DNA from: Lama glama
Taxonomy: Eukaryota
DNA length: 64,000 bases
Direction of reading: 5' to 3'
Assembly (NCBI GenBank): GCA_028534125.1
Contig: CM052816.1
Span: 52,640,001 to 52,704,000, forward strand
Below, in pieces: positions 38,059-50,721 of the stretch. The position numbers and the translations under genes were made by a program. A model generated the notes under the pieces. That model ran no database searches. It saw nothing but the letters and a program-made list of their open reading frames with translations, and had not been told where the DNA came from. Within the stretch, counting starts at the first letter, position 1. Every line of letters starts with the position of its first letter.

Positions 38059-39177
38059 GAAACCATAAATGAAATAAAATGACAAAACTATGGAATGGCA
38101 GAAAATATTTGCAAATAATGTGACAGACAAAGGTTTAATTTCCAGAATACATAAACAGCTTATACAACTTAATAACAACAATAAAAAAACAACCAATCCA
38201 AAAATGGGTAGAAGACTTAAACAAGCAATTCTCCAATGAAGACATACAAATAACCAATAGGCACATGAAAAAGTGCTCAATATCACTAATTACCAGAGAA
38301 ATGCAAATCAAAACTACAAAGAAGTATCACCTCACACCTGTCTGAATGACCATCATTCAAAAGTCCACAAATGATAAATGCTGGAAAGGCTGTGGAGAAA
38401 AGGGAACCCTTCTACACTGTTGGTGGGAATGCAATTTGGTGCAGCCACTATGGAAAACAGTATGGAGATTCCTCGAAAGTCTAAAAATAGACTTACCACA
38501 TGATCCAGCAATCCCACTCCTGGGCATATATCCAGAGGGAGCTTTAATTCACAAAGATACATGCACCCCAATGTTCATAGCAGCACTATTTACAATAGTG
38601 AAGACATGGAAGCAATCTAAACGTCCATCGATGGATGACTGAATAAAGAAACTGTGGTATATTTACACAATGAAATACTACTCAGTGTTAAAAAAGAATA
38701 AAATAATGCCATTTGCAGCAACATGGATGGACCTGGAGATCATCATTCTAAGTGAAGTAAGCCAGAAAGAAAGAAAAATACCATGTGATATCATTCATAT
38801 GTGGAATCTTAAAAAAAAAAAAGAGAAAGAAAGAAAAAAAGAGGACACCAATGAACCTGTCTACAAAACAGAAGCAGACTTGCAGACATAGTAAACAATC
38901 TTACAGTTACCTCGGTAAGAAGGTGGGAAGGGATAAATTTGAGAGTTTGAGATTTGCAAATGTTAACCACTATCTATAAAAATAGATAAACAACATGTTT
39001 CTACTGTATAGCACAGGGAACTATATTCAATATCTTGTAATAACCTTTAATGAAAAAGAGTCTGAAAACAAATATATGTATGTATATGCATGACTGGAAC
39101 ATTATGCTATACACCAGAGATGGACACATTATAACGAAATATACTTCAATAAAAACAAATGAGAAAACAAACAAAAG
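38059..39177 (+). mobile_element. 5'-truncated L1 (ORF2 end plus 3'UTR)
   Basis: ORF 38346-38642 [30 protein letters not shown] aaagaagaggat / aaagaagaggtt. Confidence 0.95.
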
Positions 39178-41582
39178 AAAGAAGAGGTTCATGTGAAGCG
39201 AGAAAAGCAAAGAGGGGAAGGGGCACTAGACTCTATCCCACACTAGTCTGGTCCTGGCCTTGAACTCAAGGGAGTTTGAGCTTGAAGGCCCTGGGGAGAC
39301 CTACATAGGTCAGTCAACTTGTAATTCTGCCAAATGACAGATTACCCAAAAACAAAACCCCAAGTCATCTTCCGTCATACTTTATTAGGACAGGACTTTT
39401 GGACCCCAAATACGTGATAAAAGCATAATCGCAGTATGAAGAGTGGCCTTCCCCCTCCCCCAAAACAACTTAGTAATTTTATACCTTCTCATATATAAAA
39501 TTTTTTTATATTTATTATATATGATTATGATTATAGATATAATATTACAAATTTGTATATAATTATTCTTATTTTTCCTATTTCACTTTTCTTATTTCAC
39601 TTAGTAATGAAAATGTCATCATGAATGAGTCAGTGCTCCTGGCCTCCCTCTTTGCTGGGTGCACATTCCTGCAGGACTAATGTTGAAAGGCATGCTATTT
39701 CATGCCTCCTGGAAGACCCAGAAGACAGAGTATCCCCCACCCCAAAGGAAGTCTGAACTCTATGTGGTGGGGGGCGAGGTGGTGGGGGGCACGGGGAAGT
39801 CGGAGATGCTCTGAACTCTCCTCCCTGTGCTGAAGGACCAGGGTGGGAGGAGAGGCCCTCCATCCCAGGTGCTTGCCTGAACCAGCCCACACGTTCCTCT
39901 TTTTCTCCCACCTACTTTCCAGTTTTCTCTTATCCATCTCCCCTCTTCCTCCTGCTCCTACCTGCACTGTGGTTCATAGAATGACACTTACACTAAGTAT
40001 GTTAAGTCTTTACAAAATGCTCCACTATCTTGGTCTTTGCTTTTAACATTCAGATCTTAAAAGAATGTATAACCTCCTTGGAGAGAAGGATAAGCCCAAA
40101 TTATTTTCCGTGGTTGCAAAGCAGGCAACGTCTAGTCATCGTCTTTATGCTTCTGTTGTGGCCATGGTGTGGGGCCATAATCCCAGAATGGCAACTACAC
40201 GCACAAAACAGTTTAGCTTCCGAAGGGATTACCTCAACCCTCAGCTCTGCTGTTAGCAGATGGGAGAAGCTGAAAATGCTGGTGGCGAGATAACTGGAAT
40301 AGATGGGGGCTGTCTCGGGTGTTTGCAGGTGTTGGAACGTGAGCAACGTAATCACTTAAATGTAAAGAAACTGCTAAATAACTTCCACCCCAAATTAGAG
40401 AGACGAAGAGGCTGACGCTGGGGAGGGCTGCTGGAAGGAAAGGTGGAGCAAGAGGAGGCCTGTGGTTGGCGTACTGAGCTTGGTGGCCAGGGAGCAGTTT
40501 GGAGTCCGCTGTGAACCAGAAAACACCCTTCCACCCAGCCCCTTAGAGGGCTGGATTTAACACAATGCTTGGGATTGAAATCATAATAGGAAGGCATCTC
40601 TTTTCTTTGTCTTTTTTTTTTTTTAGGTCAAATTTAACATTAATGATTCACTTTGTTTAAAAATGGAAAAGTCTTTTTACTAGCAACCTTGAATTAAGAG
40701 ATCGACCCTGGTAGACTTCCCACTCCTGTTCAAGCCTAGTGTGTCTTATTTTAAAAGCCTAGTTTGCTTCTTTGGAGACCAGGCGGCATGAAATGCAATG
40801 ACTTGTTGATGCTCAGTTTTCCCAGCCCTGTCTCAAGGTAGCCAGTGACGTGAGGCAGACAAGGGCAAGTGCAGGAGCTGGGGCTGGGGCTGGTGGGAGG
40901 GGGCTGCCTGGCCAGGGAGGGTCAGCAGCAGTGGATGCTGAGCTGTTTGAGATGAGATCTGGGTTACAGGTCATGGCAGCAATTTATAAGGAATACTAAA
41001 ACATTCCTGGGAATGGAGCAAGATGGAAAAATTGTGTTTACTGGAACTGTTTTCAGGAAGATAATTGGAAAGAATCATTTGATAAGCTGTTAAGGGTAAA
41101 GAGGAGGCACTGAGACTGCTATGGGACCTGTTCAAGTAAAAGTTACAGGGGGCATTTGTTTGCCCGAGCAGAGGATGCAAGCTGGGGCCAGAGCTGAACT
41201 GCCTAAACCAACAGAGCAGAGGTGGAATGCTGCGAACAGGAAGCCTGCGTATTAATCCTTCAGCCACACGGAGCCGATCATTTAACCTCCCACTGTTCAG
41301 AATAGACTTCCAGCTGCTCAGGACACCCACAGGCCTGAGAGGGCTAGGCCTGAGGCTCTGCGCTGGTGGAGGGAGAACAGAGGCCTGGGTCTGTGGGGAG
41401 GGGATTTGGCCGTGCCAGGTCAAAATGAGCTCTAGGGGACAGAGCAAAGTCACATGCCCCTTGCCAGACCGCACGGGCCTGAGAACTGCCCTCTTTCTAG
41501 AGGGGAAAAGCATCCCACCACTGGACAGCCCAGCAGCCTCTCTGAGAGCGTGATACTCACGTCAGCTCAGGCAAACGATGGC

Positions 41583-42071
41583 TGCGTTAGTCAGGGCTCT
41601 CCCGAGAAACAAAACCAGCAGGAGATTAGACACAGACCGCTACAGCTGCAGACGTATGGCTATGCTGAGGAGATCAGTACGGGAATGGCTCATGCAGCTC
41701 TGGAGGGGGAGTCCCATGGCCTGCTGACTGCACGCTGCAGAACCAGGAAAGCCGGTGGTGTAATTCCATCCGAGTCCGAAGCCTGGGGACCAGGGGCACT
41801 GACGTCCAAGGGCAAGAGGAGAAGGATGTCTCAGCTCAAGCTGAGAGAGCAATTTTGCCCTTCTGTGTTTCTGTTCTATTCAGGTCCTCAGTGAATTGGA
41901 TAACTCCCACGTGCATCAGTAAAGGTGATCTTTTTTCGCTCGGTCTACTGATTTTTCAAATGCTCATCTTCTCCAGAAATATCCTTAAAGACACACCCAC
42001 AGCTGATGTTTTACCAGCTCTCTGGACTTTGCTGAGCTCGGTCAAGTTGCCACATAAAATTAACCATCACA
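41583..42071 (-). mobile_element. MLT2B-like solo ERVL LTR
   Basis: 'ttagtcagggctctcccgagaaac...gtcaagttgccacataaaattaaccatcaca' matches antisense MLT2. Confidence 0.92.
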
Positions 42072-42711
42072 AGGATGATGTGAACTTAAAGCTGTTATCT
42101 CTCCTGTGTGCTTGTTGGGACTCTCAGGGGCGATGCTGAGAATGGGGAGCCACGTAAGGATAGTCTACGTTCCCTGCAATGACGAGCCCTAGGAAATAAG
42201 GGCTGTGATTGTTCTGCCTGTCCAGCACAAAGCCTGGGTGCCGGGGCCTGGCTAGGGGCTGGGAACATGATGACGGAGAAGACAGACTTGGGTCCTGGCT
42301 AAGTTCCCAACTGGGCAACAGGGCAGACAAAGAGAAGGACAATGCAGCCCAGGAAATGTCATGGCAGGGAAGACACTCTGACAACGGAAGACACTGTGCC
42401 ACCCTGTCCCTCACCCTCACAGCATCCAGGGTCATGAGTTCACAACTCTGTACACAATCTGATAGAATAAACGTTTAAAGGAATTAATTTGAATTTGGAC
42501 ATGGTTCTTAATGGCAGAGTGTGGCAAAGCTCCATTTGGCAGGAGCACATGGGAAGAGGAAGGGGAATTTTTGGCAAAAGAGGTGACAGCCAGAGTTGTG
42601 GTAAGTCTTAAGTGTCTGCCTAGAAGTCTTCACCCTATACATGAATCATTATTGGTTAAACTTGGAGGACAAAATCTGTGCAGACTTTGTATCCCTTAAC
42701 ACCCAGTATAC

Positions 42712-43131
42712 TGTGGGTGAGGCTGTCAGTTATCCTCTGACACCCACTTCCTCCCATTCTGCAGGTGCTGGACACATGTAGGGACTCCATTTCCCAGCGT
42801 CCTTCACAGCTAGCTGTGGCCATGTGGCCAAGTTCCGGCGAGTTGTAAGATAAAGTGACACGTACAACTTCCAGACCGCACCCTTGGAAGGGAAGCTTCT
42901 CCTCCTTCCTGTGGTCACAGTACAGACAGGGCAGGGCTGAGCCAGCCTGTTTCCTGTGCACCCCAGGGGATAGTAGAGCAACAAGGAAAAGGGAATCGGG
43001 GTCCTGAGTGGCCTCAAGTTGCCTACCCCCTACTCCAGGCAGATATATGGGAGAGAAATAAACTTCTGTTATATTTGGGCCCTCGTATTTTGGGGTCTGT
43101 TATAACAGGTAATTTGTACCCTTCCTATTAC
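42712..43131 (+). mobile_element. MLT1I/J-like solo LTR
   Basis: 'catttcccagcgtccttcacagctagctgtggccatgtg', 'gagagaaataaacttct'. Confidence 0.8.
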
Positions 43132-43224
43132 ACTGGGGCCGAATATGGTGGCCCAAATGCACTATTAAATCATTTTTAGAAATTCATAAAGGAAAAGTCA
43201 ATAAATGGCTTTGGAAATAAATAA

Positions 43225-43330
43225 ATACCAACCAAATGAGACAAGCAAAAGCTATGTATTGAGAGCTTACTATATAGGTGGGGAGTCAGCCACGGTCACT
43301 TGCATTTGGCAGAGACTTAAAGGCAGGCAG
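43225..43330 (-). mobile_element. Probable LTR end running into the gap
   Basis: 'caaccaaatgagacaagcaaaagctatgtattgagagctt...gggagtcagccac' resembles an antisense ERV1-type LTR 3' end. Confidence 0.4.
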
Positions 43331-43830
43331 NNNNNNNNNNNNNNNNNNNNNNNNNNNNNNNNNNNNNNNNNNNNNNNNNNNNNNNNNNNNNNNNNNNNNN
43401 NNNNNNNNNNNNNNNNNNNNNNNNNNNNNNNNNNNNNNNNNNNNNNNNNNNNNNNNNNNNNNNNNNNNNNNNNNNNNNNNNNNNNNNNNNNNNNNNNNNN
43501 NNNNNNNNNNNNNNNNNNNNNNNNNNNNNNNNNNNNNNNNNNNNNNNNNNNNNNNNNNNNNNNNNNNNNNNNNNNNNNNNNNNNNNNNNNNNNNNNNNNN
43601 NNNNNNNNNNNNNNNNNNNNNNNNNNNNNNNNNNNNNNNNNNNNNNNNNNNNNNNNNNNNNNNNNNNNNNNNNNNNNNNNNNNNNNNNNNNNNNNNNNNN
43701 NNNNNNNNNNNNNNNNNNNNNNNNNNNNNNNNNNNNNNNNNNNNNNNNNNNNNNNNNNNNNNNNNNNNNNNNNNNNNNNNNNNNNNNNNNNNNNNNNNNN
43801 NNNNNNNNNNNNNNNNNNNNNNNNNNNNNN
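43331..43830. other. Assembly gap (500 N)
   Basis: Run of N. Confidence 1.
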
Positions 43831-43886
43831 AATTCCCAGAGCTGAGCCAAACTGAGCCAGGCCTCAGTCCATGAGTCCAGACAGGT

Positions 43887-44115
43887 GTCAATTCAATTCA
43901 GAAAATATTTATGGAGTGCCTACAACGTGCTAGTCCTGGAGATGTGATCATGAACAAGACAGACACGGAGCTTATAGGAAAGAGGGGTGGGAGAAAATTA
44001 AATATGCAATTATGATACAGACTTGTGCAATCTGTAATTATAATATGAGAAGTGGGGTGAACTGTCAGAGTACACAAAAGAAGCATCTGAATGTCGTGTG
44101 GGAAGTTGAGGGAGA
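43887..44115 (-). mobile_element. L2 3' end
   Basis: 'ttcaattcagaaaatatttatggagtgcctacaacgtgctag...tgaacaagacagac'. Confidence 0.75.
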
Positions 44116-44129
44116 AGACAGACCACCCT

Positions 44130-44275
44130 TCTATGCACTATGTTGCCTCAGGTGGCTCACTGTTCTAGGTGCTTCACATATAATGTCTCATCTCCCTACA
44201 ACCATCCTGCCAGGTAATAATGATCACCGTATTACAAACACAGATACTGTAAAAGTAAGAGCTGTGCCCAAAGCC
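44130..44275 (-). mobile_element. MIR fragment
   Basis: 'cactgttctaggtgcttcacatataatgtctcat...gcccaaagcc'. Confidence 0.6.
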
Positions 44276-44276
44276 G

Positions 44277-44660
44277 CTGTTTTAGGACAGAGTCGCTGGG
44301 AAATTGACTGAGATGGAGATTTGCACAAAGGAGAGCTCTTAGAAACACCACCTCGAAGGCGTGCAGGCGATGGGGTTAGACAGAGGGAGAAGCAGGGGCC
44401 ACAGTGGCCTCAGATGATACCACAGGCTCTCAGGAGCTGGAAGGCTACTCTGAACTGAGGCAAGGGGGCAGGCTTTGAACCCCCCTGAACTGAGCAGTCA
44501 TTGAACCCAGGTTGTGTCTGGGATGAGGGTGTAGCCTTGGGTGTGGTAGCCCCCTTCATCTGATGGCAGTTTCTGGAAGGTGGCGGGTAAATTGTTAACT
44601 GTCAGCCTTTGGGAGAACGAGAGCCTTGGTCCTAACCCGGGTGCCCCAGCAGCCACCCAG
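44277..44660 (-). mobile_element. LTR16-like ERVL LTR
   Basis: 'ctgagatggagatttgc', 'gagggagaag', 'gaggcaagggggcaggctttg', 'cagtcattg' match antisense LTR16. Confidence 0.75.
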
Positions 44661-44734
44661 CTCCTGCATGGGTAGCTGGCACTTGTAATGTTGATGCAAT
44701 GTTGAGGAGATGCTTTAAATGTGATGCCACGTTG

Positions 44735-45595
44735 ACAGCTTTGGTCCTGTCTCTTCCCTGTCTACCATCACTCTTTGGTGATATCATTAGTTTTCACAAT
44801 TTTAAATGCCATTTATATGATCCCACATTTATATCCTTAGTTTAGGCCTCACTCATGCCCTTCAGACTCATATGTCACTGTTTTTTGTCATCTTCACTTA
44901 ACATTTCCAAAAGTAACTCCTGATTCTTACCCTCCTTGCAATCAGTTCCTCCCACCCTTCCCATCTCAGTGAAGCGCCCCTCCTCTCTTCCAGCTGCTCA
45001 GGCTAACAACCTCGGATCACACTTGACTGTTTTTTTCCGCTGAGTCCTCATTCAATCCATTAGGAAACTCTTCAGAACATATCCCACAGCATCTCCCCAT
45101 TTCACTCAAGGTAACTGCTTGTAATGGCCTTGTCATCCCTTACCATCTCCATCAACTTATTTCCTAGCCTCCCATCCCACCCCATTTCATCCAGACAGGC
45201 TTGTTCCTGGAACAATCCATGCATGCTCCGACCTCAGGGCCTTTGCATCGACCCCCACTCCCATACGTCTTTATAGCTCACTCCTTCACCCCCTTCAAGT
45301 CTTTGTTCAGATGTCACCTGCTCAGGGAAGCTTCCCTGAACACATGATTTAAATCACACTCTCCACTCTCTGTCTCAACTTAATTTTTCCCCCAAGCATC
45401 CATTACCTCCTAAGATAACTTAATTATTTATTTTTATTTATTGCCAATCTCCCATCCCCTGGCAACCATGTAAATGTAAGCTTCATGAAGGCAGAGACTT
45501 TCCTGCTTTGTTCACCATAATCTGGGGACCTGGAATGGGACCTGGCACATAGTGGGTGGGCATTCAGAAAGTGTTTGTTGACTGACTGCATGAAG
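44735..45595 (+). mobile_element. L2 (L2a-like) to its 3' end
   Basis: 'ccttcccatctcagtgaa', 'cctcagggcctttgca', 'cctggcacatagtgg...tttgttgactgactg'. Confidence 0.9.
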
Positions 45596-46209
45596 CAGTG
45601 GAGAGGGTATTCAAATGGGTCTGTCTGGTTTCAAATGCATGTTCTTGCCCACACACCACCCTCTGCACGTTTCCTACACAAACTCCTTCAAGACAGACAC
45701 AATACCACTGAAGGGTCTGAAGCAAATCCTGGCCTTGCCCAAGGTCTCACAGCGGAGCTGGCTGGTGTCCACAGGTCAGAAGGGATTCCAGCTGGGCTTC
45801 ATTTGCTGGGCCAAAAGAATTTCTCAGGGTGCTTCATAGGTGAAAATCTGGCCCCCAGCCCCCTAGTGACTGGCATGCCTTGGTGTCCAGGCTTCTGGAG
45901 CCCTCTCTGAGTAAGACAGGGCAGATTCTGACCTGCTCAGTGACTGGTGAGGTTTCCTGTGGTTGTTCAGGTTCATGGCTGGGATGGGGAAACCTGAGCT
46001 GTGCGTTGACACAGTCCTCCAGCCTTTTCATTAAAGTAGCCCAGGCCTGCCTGTCTGCTTAGGCTGTTGACAACTGTCCATATTCTGATGTCATTCAGAA
46101 TTTGTTGTTACAGGAAGTCTGGAGACAAGGGGTTTGGCCATATTAATTTAATCTGAGCCACATGTAAGTGGGCCCTTCTTTATTTTTAAAAGCATGTTTT
46201 AAGAACCAG

Positions 46210-46332
46210 AGCCTGCATGGGGCAGGGGAAAGGGCTCCAATCTTGGAATTAGAAACCCAAGAGCAGACTAACCTTGACTTTTCACTGAGTAGTTACATGT
46301 CCTTGAGCAAATTACTTATTCTAAATTTCACT
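46210..46332 (+). mobile_element. MIR fragment
   Basis: 'cactgagtagttacatgtccttgagcaaattactta'. Confidence 0.5.
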
Positions 46333-46347
46333 GCCTGCTACACAATG

Positions 46348-46578
46348 ATTTTTGCTGTGCAAAAGCTTTTAAGTTTGATTAGGTTCCATTTGTTATTTTT
46401 GCTTTTCTTTCGTCTTGGGAGACTGATCTAAGAAAATATTGCTAAGATTTATGTCAGAGAATGTTTTGTCTATGTTCTCTTCTAGGAGTTTCACGGCATC
46501 ATGTCTTTTATTTAGCTCTTTAAACTATTTTGAGTTTATTTTTGTATATGGTTCTGGTTTCACTGATTTACATGTAGC
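46348..46578 (-). mobile_element. Internal L1 ORF2 fragment
   Basis: Reverse complement of the region homologous to ~9375-9620 (tttgctgtgcaaaagcttttaagtttgattagg...ttttgagtttatttttgtatatgg). Confidence 0.9.
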
Positions 46579-46615
46579 CTGGACATCAGTAGTTTTTCAA
46601 AATGGAAACTGACTA

Positions 46616-46630
46616 CCTCTAGATGGCGCT
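46616..46630 (+). promoter_or_regulatory. Strong CTCF core motif CCTCTAGATGGCGCT
   Basis: Matches the CTCF consensus CC(A/T)(C/G)(C/T)AG(A/G)(G/T)GGC(G/A)C at every position; CpG retained; motif evidence only. Confidence 0.55.
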
Positions 46631-47142
46631 CGAGGGTTCCATTTTACCACAGTCTGCACCACTCCCTGTTGTCTTTCACCAGAGTCACTTATCTGTGTTA
46701 CCTGCCTGGCCTTGAAGTAGCTGAGTTTTCCTCCCAGTGATAAAAATCTAATGATTCTAAGAAATAACAGTTCTTCCTGTAAGTAGTAGTACTCAATGGG
46801 TGAAGGTGGGGAAGGGAAGCAATAGCCTTTGAATTCTAGAATGAAGGGACAGTTCACATGCTGATCATGTAACCTCATTCTGTTATACTGCAAGCTCCAT
46901 TAATTTTGTCACACTTTTTTCCTCAAAGATTGGACATTACTCTTACAAGATCTCTGACTGTCATAGAGTATATTTCCACAATGCAAAGGAGAGGGAAGAA
47001 ACTTTCTGCAACAAGGAGGCCCTGAGCTGATGCAGATGTGCCCCCTCCCACAACACATCTGCAGGCACACTAAAGTCTAAACATTAAGAAAAATGATTTT
47101 GGAGGAAAAAAAGTATAATTCCCTCTGGGGGTGCCAGAGATA

Positions 47143-47265
47143 GTATAGGAAAAAGAACGTATATACAAATATATGTATAACTGAATCACTATGCTGCACA
47201 CCAGAAACTAACACACTTTGTAAATCAACTATACTTCAATAAAAAGTCAAAACAAAACAAAAAAC
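47143..47265 (+). mobile_element. Cetartiodactyl-type L1 3' end
   Basis: 'tatgtataactgaatcactatgctgcacaccagaaactaacacactttgtaaatcaactatacttcaataaaa'. Confidence 0.9.
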
Positions 47266-49613
47266 AGTGCATGAGCTGGTGTGGAGGTGGCCCAAGGGAG
47301 CTATGGACCCAGACATGGATTTAGGGGTGGGAGACATGGTCTGGGGTCTGTGCAGAGCAGGGGTGCTATGGAGCCTTCTAGGCAAGCCTCAAAGAGGAGC
47401 TCTTCTGTTCAAATGATTAGTGCAATACAAGGAGAAATAGAAGCCATTAAAAAAAGAAAAGAAAAGAAAACCACTATGTTTGAAACAGGCATGTTTGAAA
47501 AAGAACAGAGCTTCACTTACCTTAAATGACCTCCTCTCTCCATGAATACTCAAGCTCTCACACTTCTCTGAGCCAGTGCGTGAAGTGATGGGTCAGTTTT
47601 TATAGCCAATGAAGTGCATTCTGAACATTCAGATCTTGAGATTTCAGATCCTAAGGTGCTTATCTCAACATCTAACATTTTTTGACCACCTGCGTCATGG
47701 CAAACACTGGTGGTCCCTGCCCTCGAAATCTTTCATGACCTTCTGGCCTTGGGAAGTAACGTGGTCAGGCCTCTCTGTGAGTCCCTAACACCAGCCAGAT
47801 GCCCAAACTGGTGCTGTCAGGACTGGCCCATGAGAATCTGCCCCATCATGAGAAAGGCTGACCACACTTCCCACTTCCAGCCCAGGGCACCTGCGGCCCA
47901 GTCCAAATGGAAACACTATTGTCTTATTTAATGAGAGAATTTTAAAAAAGACTCAGTATCAAAAGCTACTCGGTGTCAGGGGAAGGGGTTTCAGGAAGTA
48001 TTCTTAGTATAACTGGACTCAATGAGTCTGTGTTGTATTACACTGTAACTCAGTGTCGGTGCCATCCTCCCTCTGCTGAGCTATACCAAGATCTTCTAAG
48101 ACATTTGGGATAAGAAGAGGCTTGGCAGGAACCGAGGCATTTATAATGAGAAAAAAACAGAACATTTTCTTTCATGAAAGGTAAAACTTCATCACATATT
48201 CTCCAACTCAGATTTTCTGATGCGTGCCCTTTAATTGTATTCCAGTTCTTTTTTAAGGGGGAGGTGAGGGGAGGGTTAGGGATGAGGGTTAATATATTTC
48301 CTAGTTCTAGTCTTAGCAAAGGTGACAGTCCCCTTGGAATCAACAACTTTAGTACTTCGGACCTTAACAAGACCACTGTCCCTCACAAGATATAGTCCAT
48401 TTAACAATACGATCATGGAAGTTTCACCTCTCCAAGGGTTTTTGCTTTGTGAAATCCAGGCAGCTCCTGGATTCCTCCTTTTTCCTTAGTGGAAAGTAAG
48501 GGTGGATGGGTGGGTCCTACAGCCTGGAAAGCCCAGAGTCTTCTGGGAATCCCTTGCACGGGTATCCAGGAATTCAGGATGAAGCTGCCTTATTCACTAC
48601 CGCTGCCTCTGTAACCAGTGCCAACTGCCCCCAAGTCTACAGGATCTGTGTGGGGAAGGTTAGGGGCAGCAAAGGGAGGGTCAGGGGGTTGAAGTCTGTT
48701 TCTCTGGCTGGCCCAGGTGTTCTTTTTCAAGCAGGGGAAAGAGCTATCTTATATCTGAGCACCCTTCATGGTGTGATCATTGTAATTTTCTAATGTGCGC
48801 AAATGATGTACATCATCACATATTAGTTTCTGAAGTCAATGTTAGTTTTCTGAAGCAGTTAAGACAACTGGACTTCACATCACTAACTCTAGCCTTTGAG
48901 ACATGGAAAACATATCATCACCATCTTTTATGAAGCAGATGAGTGCTAACCTCCATCCCCCAAACCCACGACCCTGTCTCCCTCCACTCTCTCACTCAGC
49001 TCCTCCTGTCCTGTCACTGCTGGGAACAGAGGTTAGGCCTCGTGAAATGCATTCCTCTCACCAACTCACAGAGCGTTCAAATAGAGTTTCCTTTGCTCCT
49101 TGGGCCATTTTCAAAGGGGAGACTTTTTAAATAGTCTTTCTACGGAAGTCACCAAAAAGACAGAAAACAGGAAATTAACTGAATTACCAAGAAAGACTGC
49201 ATATGACTCTAATTTTGTCCTTTCAACTAATGAAGGTAATATGCCCTGCATACACCACAACATCACTAAAACAGTAAAATAACAGGGAAACAAACAGTCA
49301 CGTTTTTGCCTGTAACTGATTTAGTCTCTGGATTCATATTGTAAACTTTTTTTTTTCCTCAACACTTGGGAGGAAATGAAATTTTTTTCTCTTATAAAAA
49401 GAAACTAGGAATTTATATTTTGTTTCTGTCACAGGAAGAAGCTTTAAAAAAGCTTCTTGTGGCCTTGCTGAATAGATTCTAAGTATCTTTGATTTTTTGA
49501 GTAAAATGTACAAAACAGCAAAAAACAAACAGAAATTGGTTTCAACCAAATTTACATTGATCCCAATGCTGCTTTTTGATCCAAACACACTGTGCATTTC
49601 AAAGCTACAGGAA

Positions 49614-49641
<28 letters not shown>
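49614..49641. repeat. (AC)14 microsatellite
   Basis: Read directly from the sequence. Confidence 0.95.
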
Positions 49642-49644
<3 letters not shown>

Positions 49645-50344
49645 TAACAAAAGCCCAATCCCAACATAGTTCTCAGTTGGAGGAGATTTGATTTCTGGTA
49701 AATGGAAGCTCCCAAAAGGAACAGGAGAGGATAAAACCAGCATGCCAGACAAAGGTAACTGATCAGCTCTGAGACCCCCCTGCTCCCAAGCACAACTTCA
49801 GGGGCTGCCGAGGGCACTGCAGATACCACCGTGGGATCAGGGCTCTTTGGACACTGATATCTCTGTCCTCATAGGGAGTCCTTCTTTCAGAAGTCCAGGG
49901 CAGTCTCCCCACGTCCTTCCAGCAGGCTCATTTATTCCTTTCTGTTTATAGGCTAAGGGAAGCTCGGCACCAGCCTGCAGCCAGAAGGCACACCCCTACC
50001 TCACAGCCACGGGCTGCATGAGCACAGAGGTCGGGGTGGGCAAACAGCTGGGTTTTGCTGTTACTTAAGACATACATTAGGAGAATCCCTGAGCCCACTG
50101 CCTTCCATTCCCAGAGCTCTCCTTGCAAGGAGTTGAATCACTGTGGCCATAGAATGGCCACCCAGAATTAAACATGACTGACTTCATTAGAGGGTGTCAG
50201 AAAGAGAAGCTAACTTGGTTTTGTTGACTCTGGTCATTAGATCTTGACTACAGTTGTTTGTTGAGATCCACCCAGTCTAGGATTCTTTCCAATAAGGAGA
50301 TATTCTTTTAACTGAAGACTTAATAACTAAAATAATTGAGACTA

Positions 50345-50540
50345 TGCCTACCAGCTGAAAGGAAAAATGTGCAGAGTTTTTTGAAATCATTAAACTAGCT
50401 CATGCAGTAGAATGCTACGTAGCAATGAAGAATCATGTTTTAGAACAGTTATCTGTTGGCCTATAGAGATGTTCACGCCATATTACTGAGTGCAATATGC
50501 AATAGTAAGTACAGTATGATCCACTTTTTGTAAAAAGTAA
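50345..50540 (+). mobile_element. L1ME-type fragment
   Basis: 'tagaatgctacgtagcaatgaagaat...gtacagtatgatccactttttgtaaaa'. Confidence 0.55.
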
Positions 50541-50721
50541 ATTACTTACATTCTGTAGCTCAGACCTCTTCTTAGCGCCATCCAGTTTCCAAGGTCTTTG
50601 GCTTCCCTCTGACTCTCTCCTCCTCTTCAAGCTAATCTGGGGGAGGAAGGTCAAGAGAAATAATTTATCATCACTGAGCACTATTCTTCCAGCTCTTTCA
50701 TTGATGGCACACTTCTCTAAC

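Noticed and set aside
40971..41894. 180, 108 and 146 aa ORFs
   Set aside because: No homology recognised and no splice or start context; the last runs into an MLT2 LTR
43205..43891. 177-216 aa ORFs in the track
   Set aside because: Artefacts of translating through the N gap
47980..48430. Possible processed pseudogene
   Set aside because: No recognisable coding homology, poly(A) tail or TSD on either strand
49436..49458. 10-bp perfect hairpin aagaagcttt-aaa-aaagcttctt
   Set aside because: Too short for a pre-miRNA; an isolated AT-rich hairpin with no supporting context, plausibly chance
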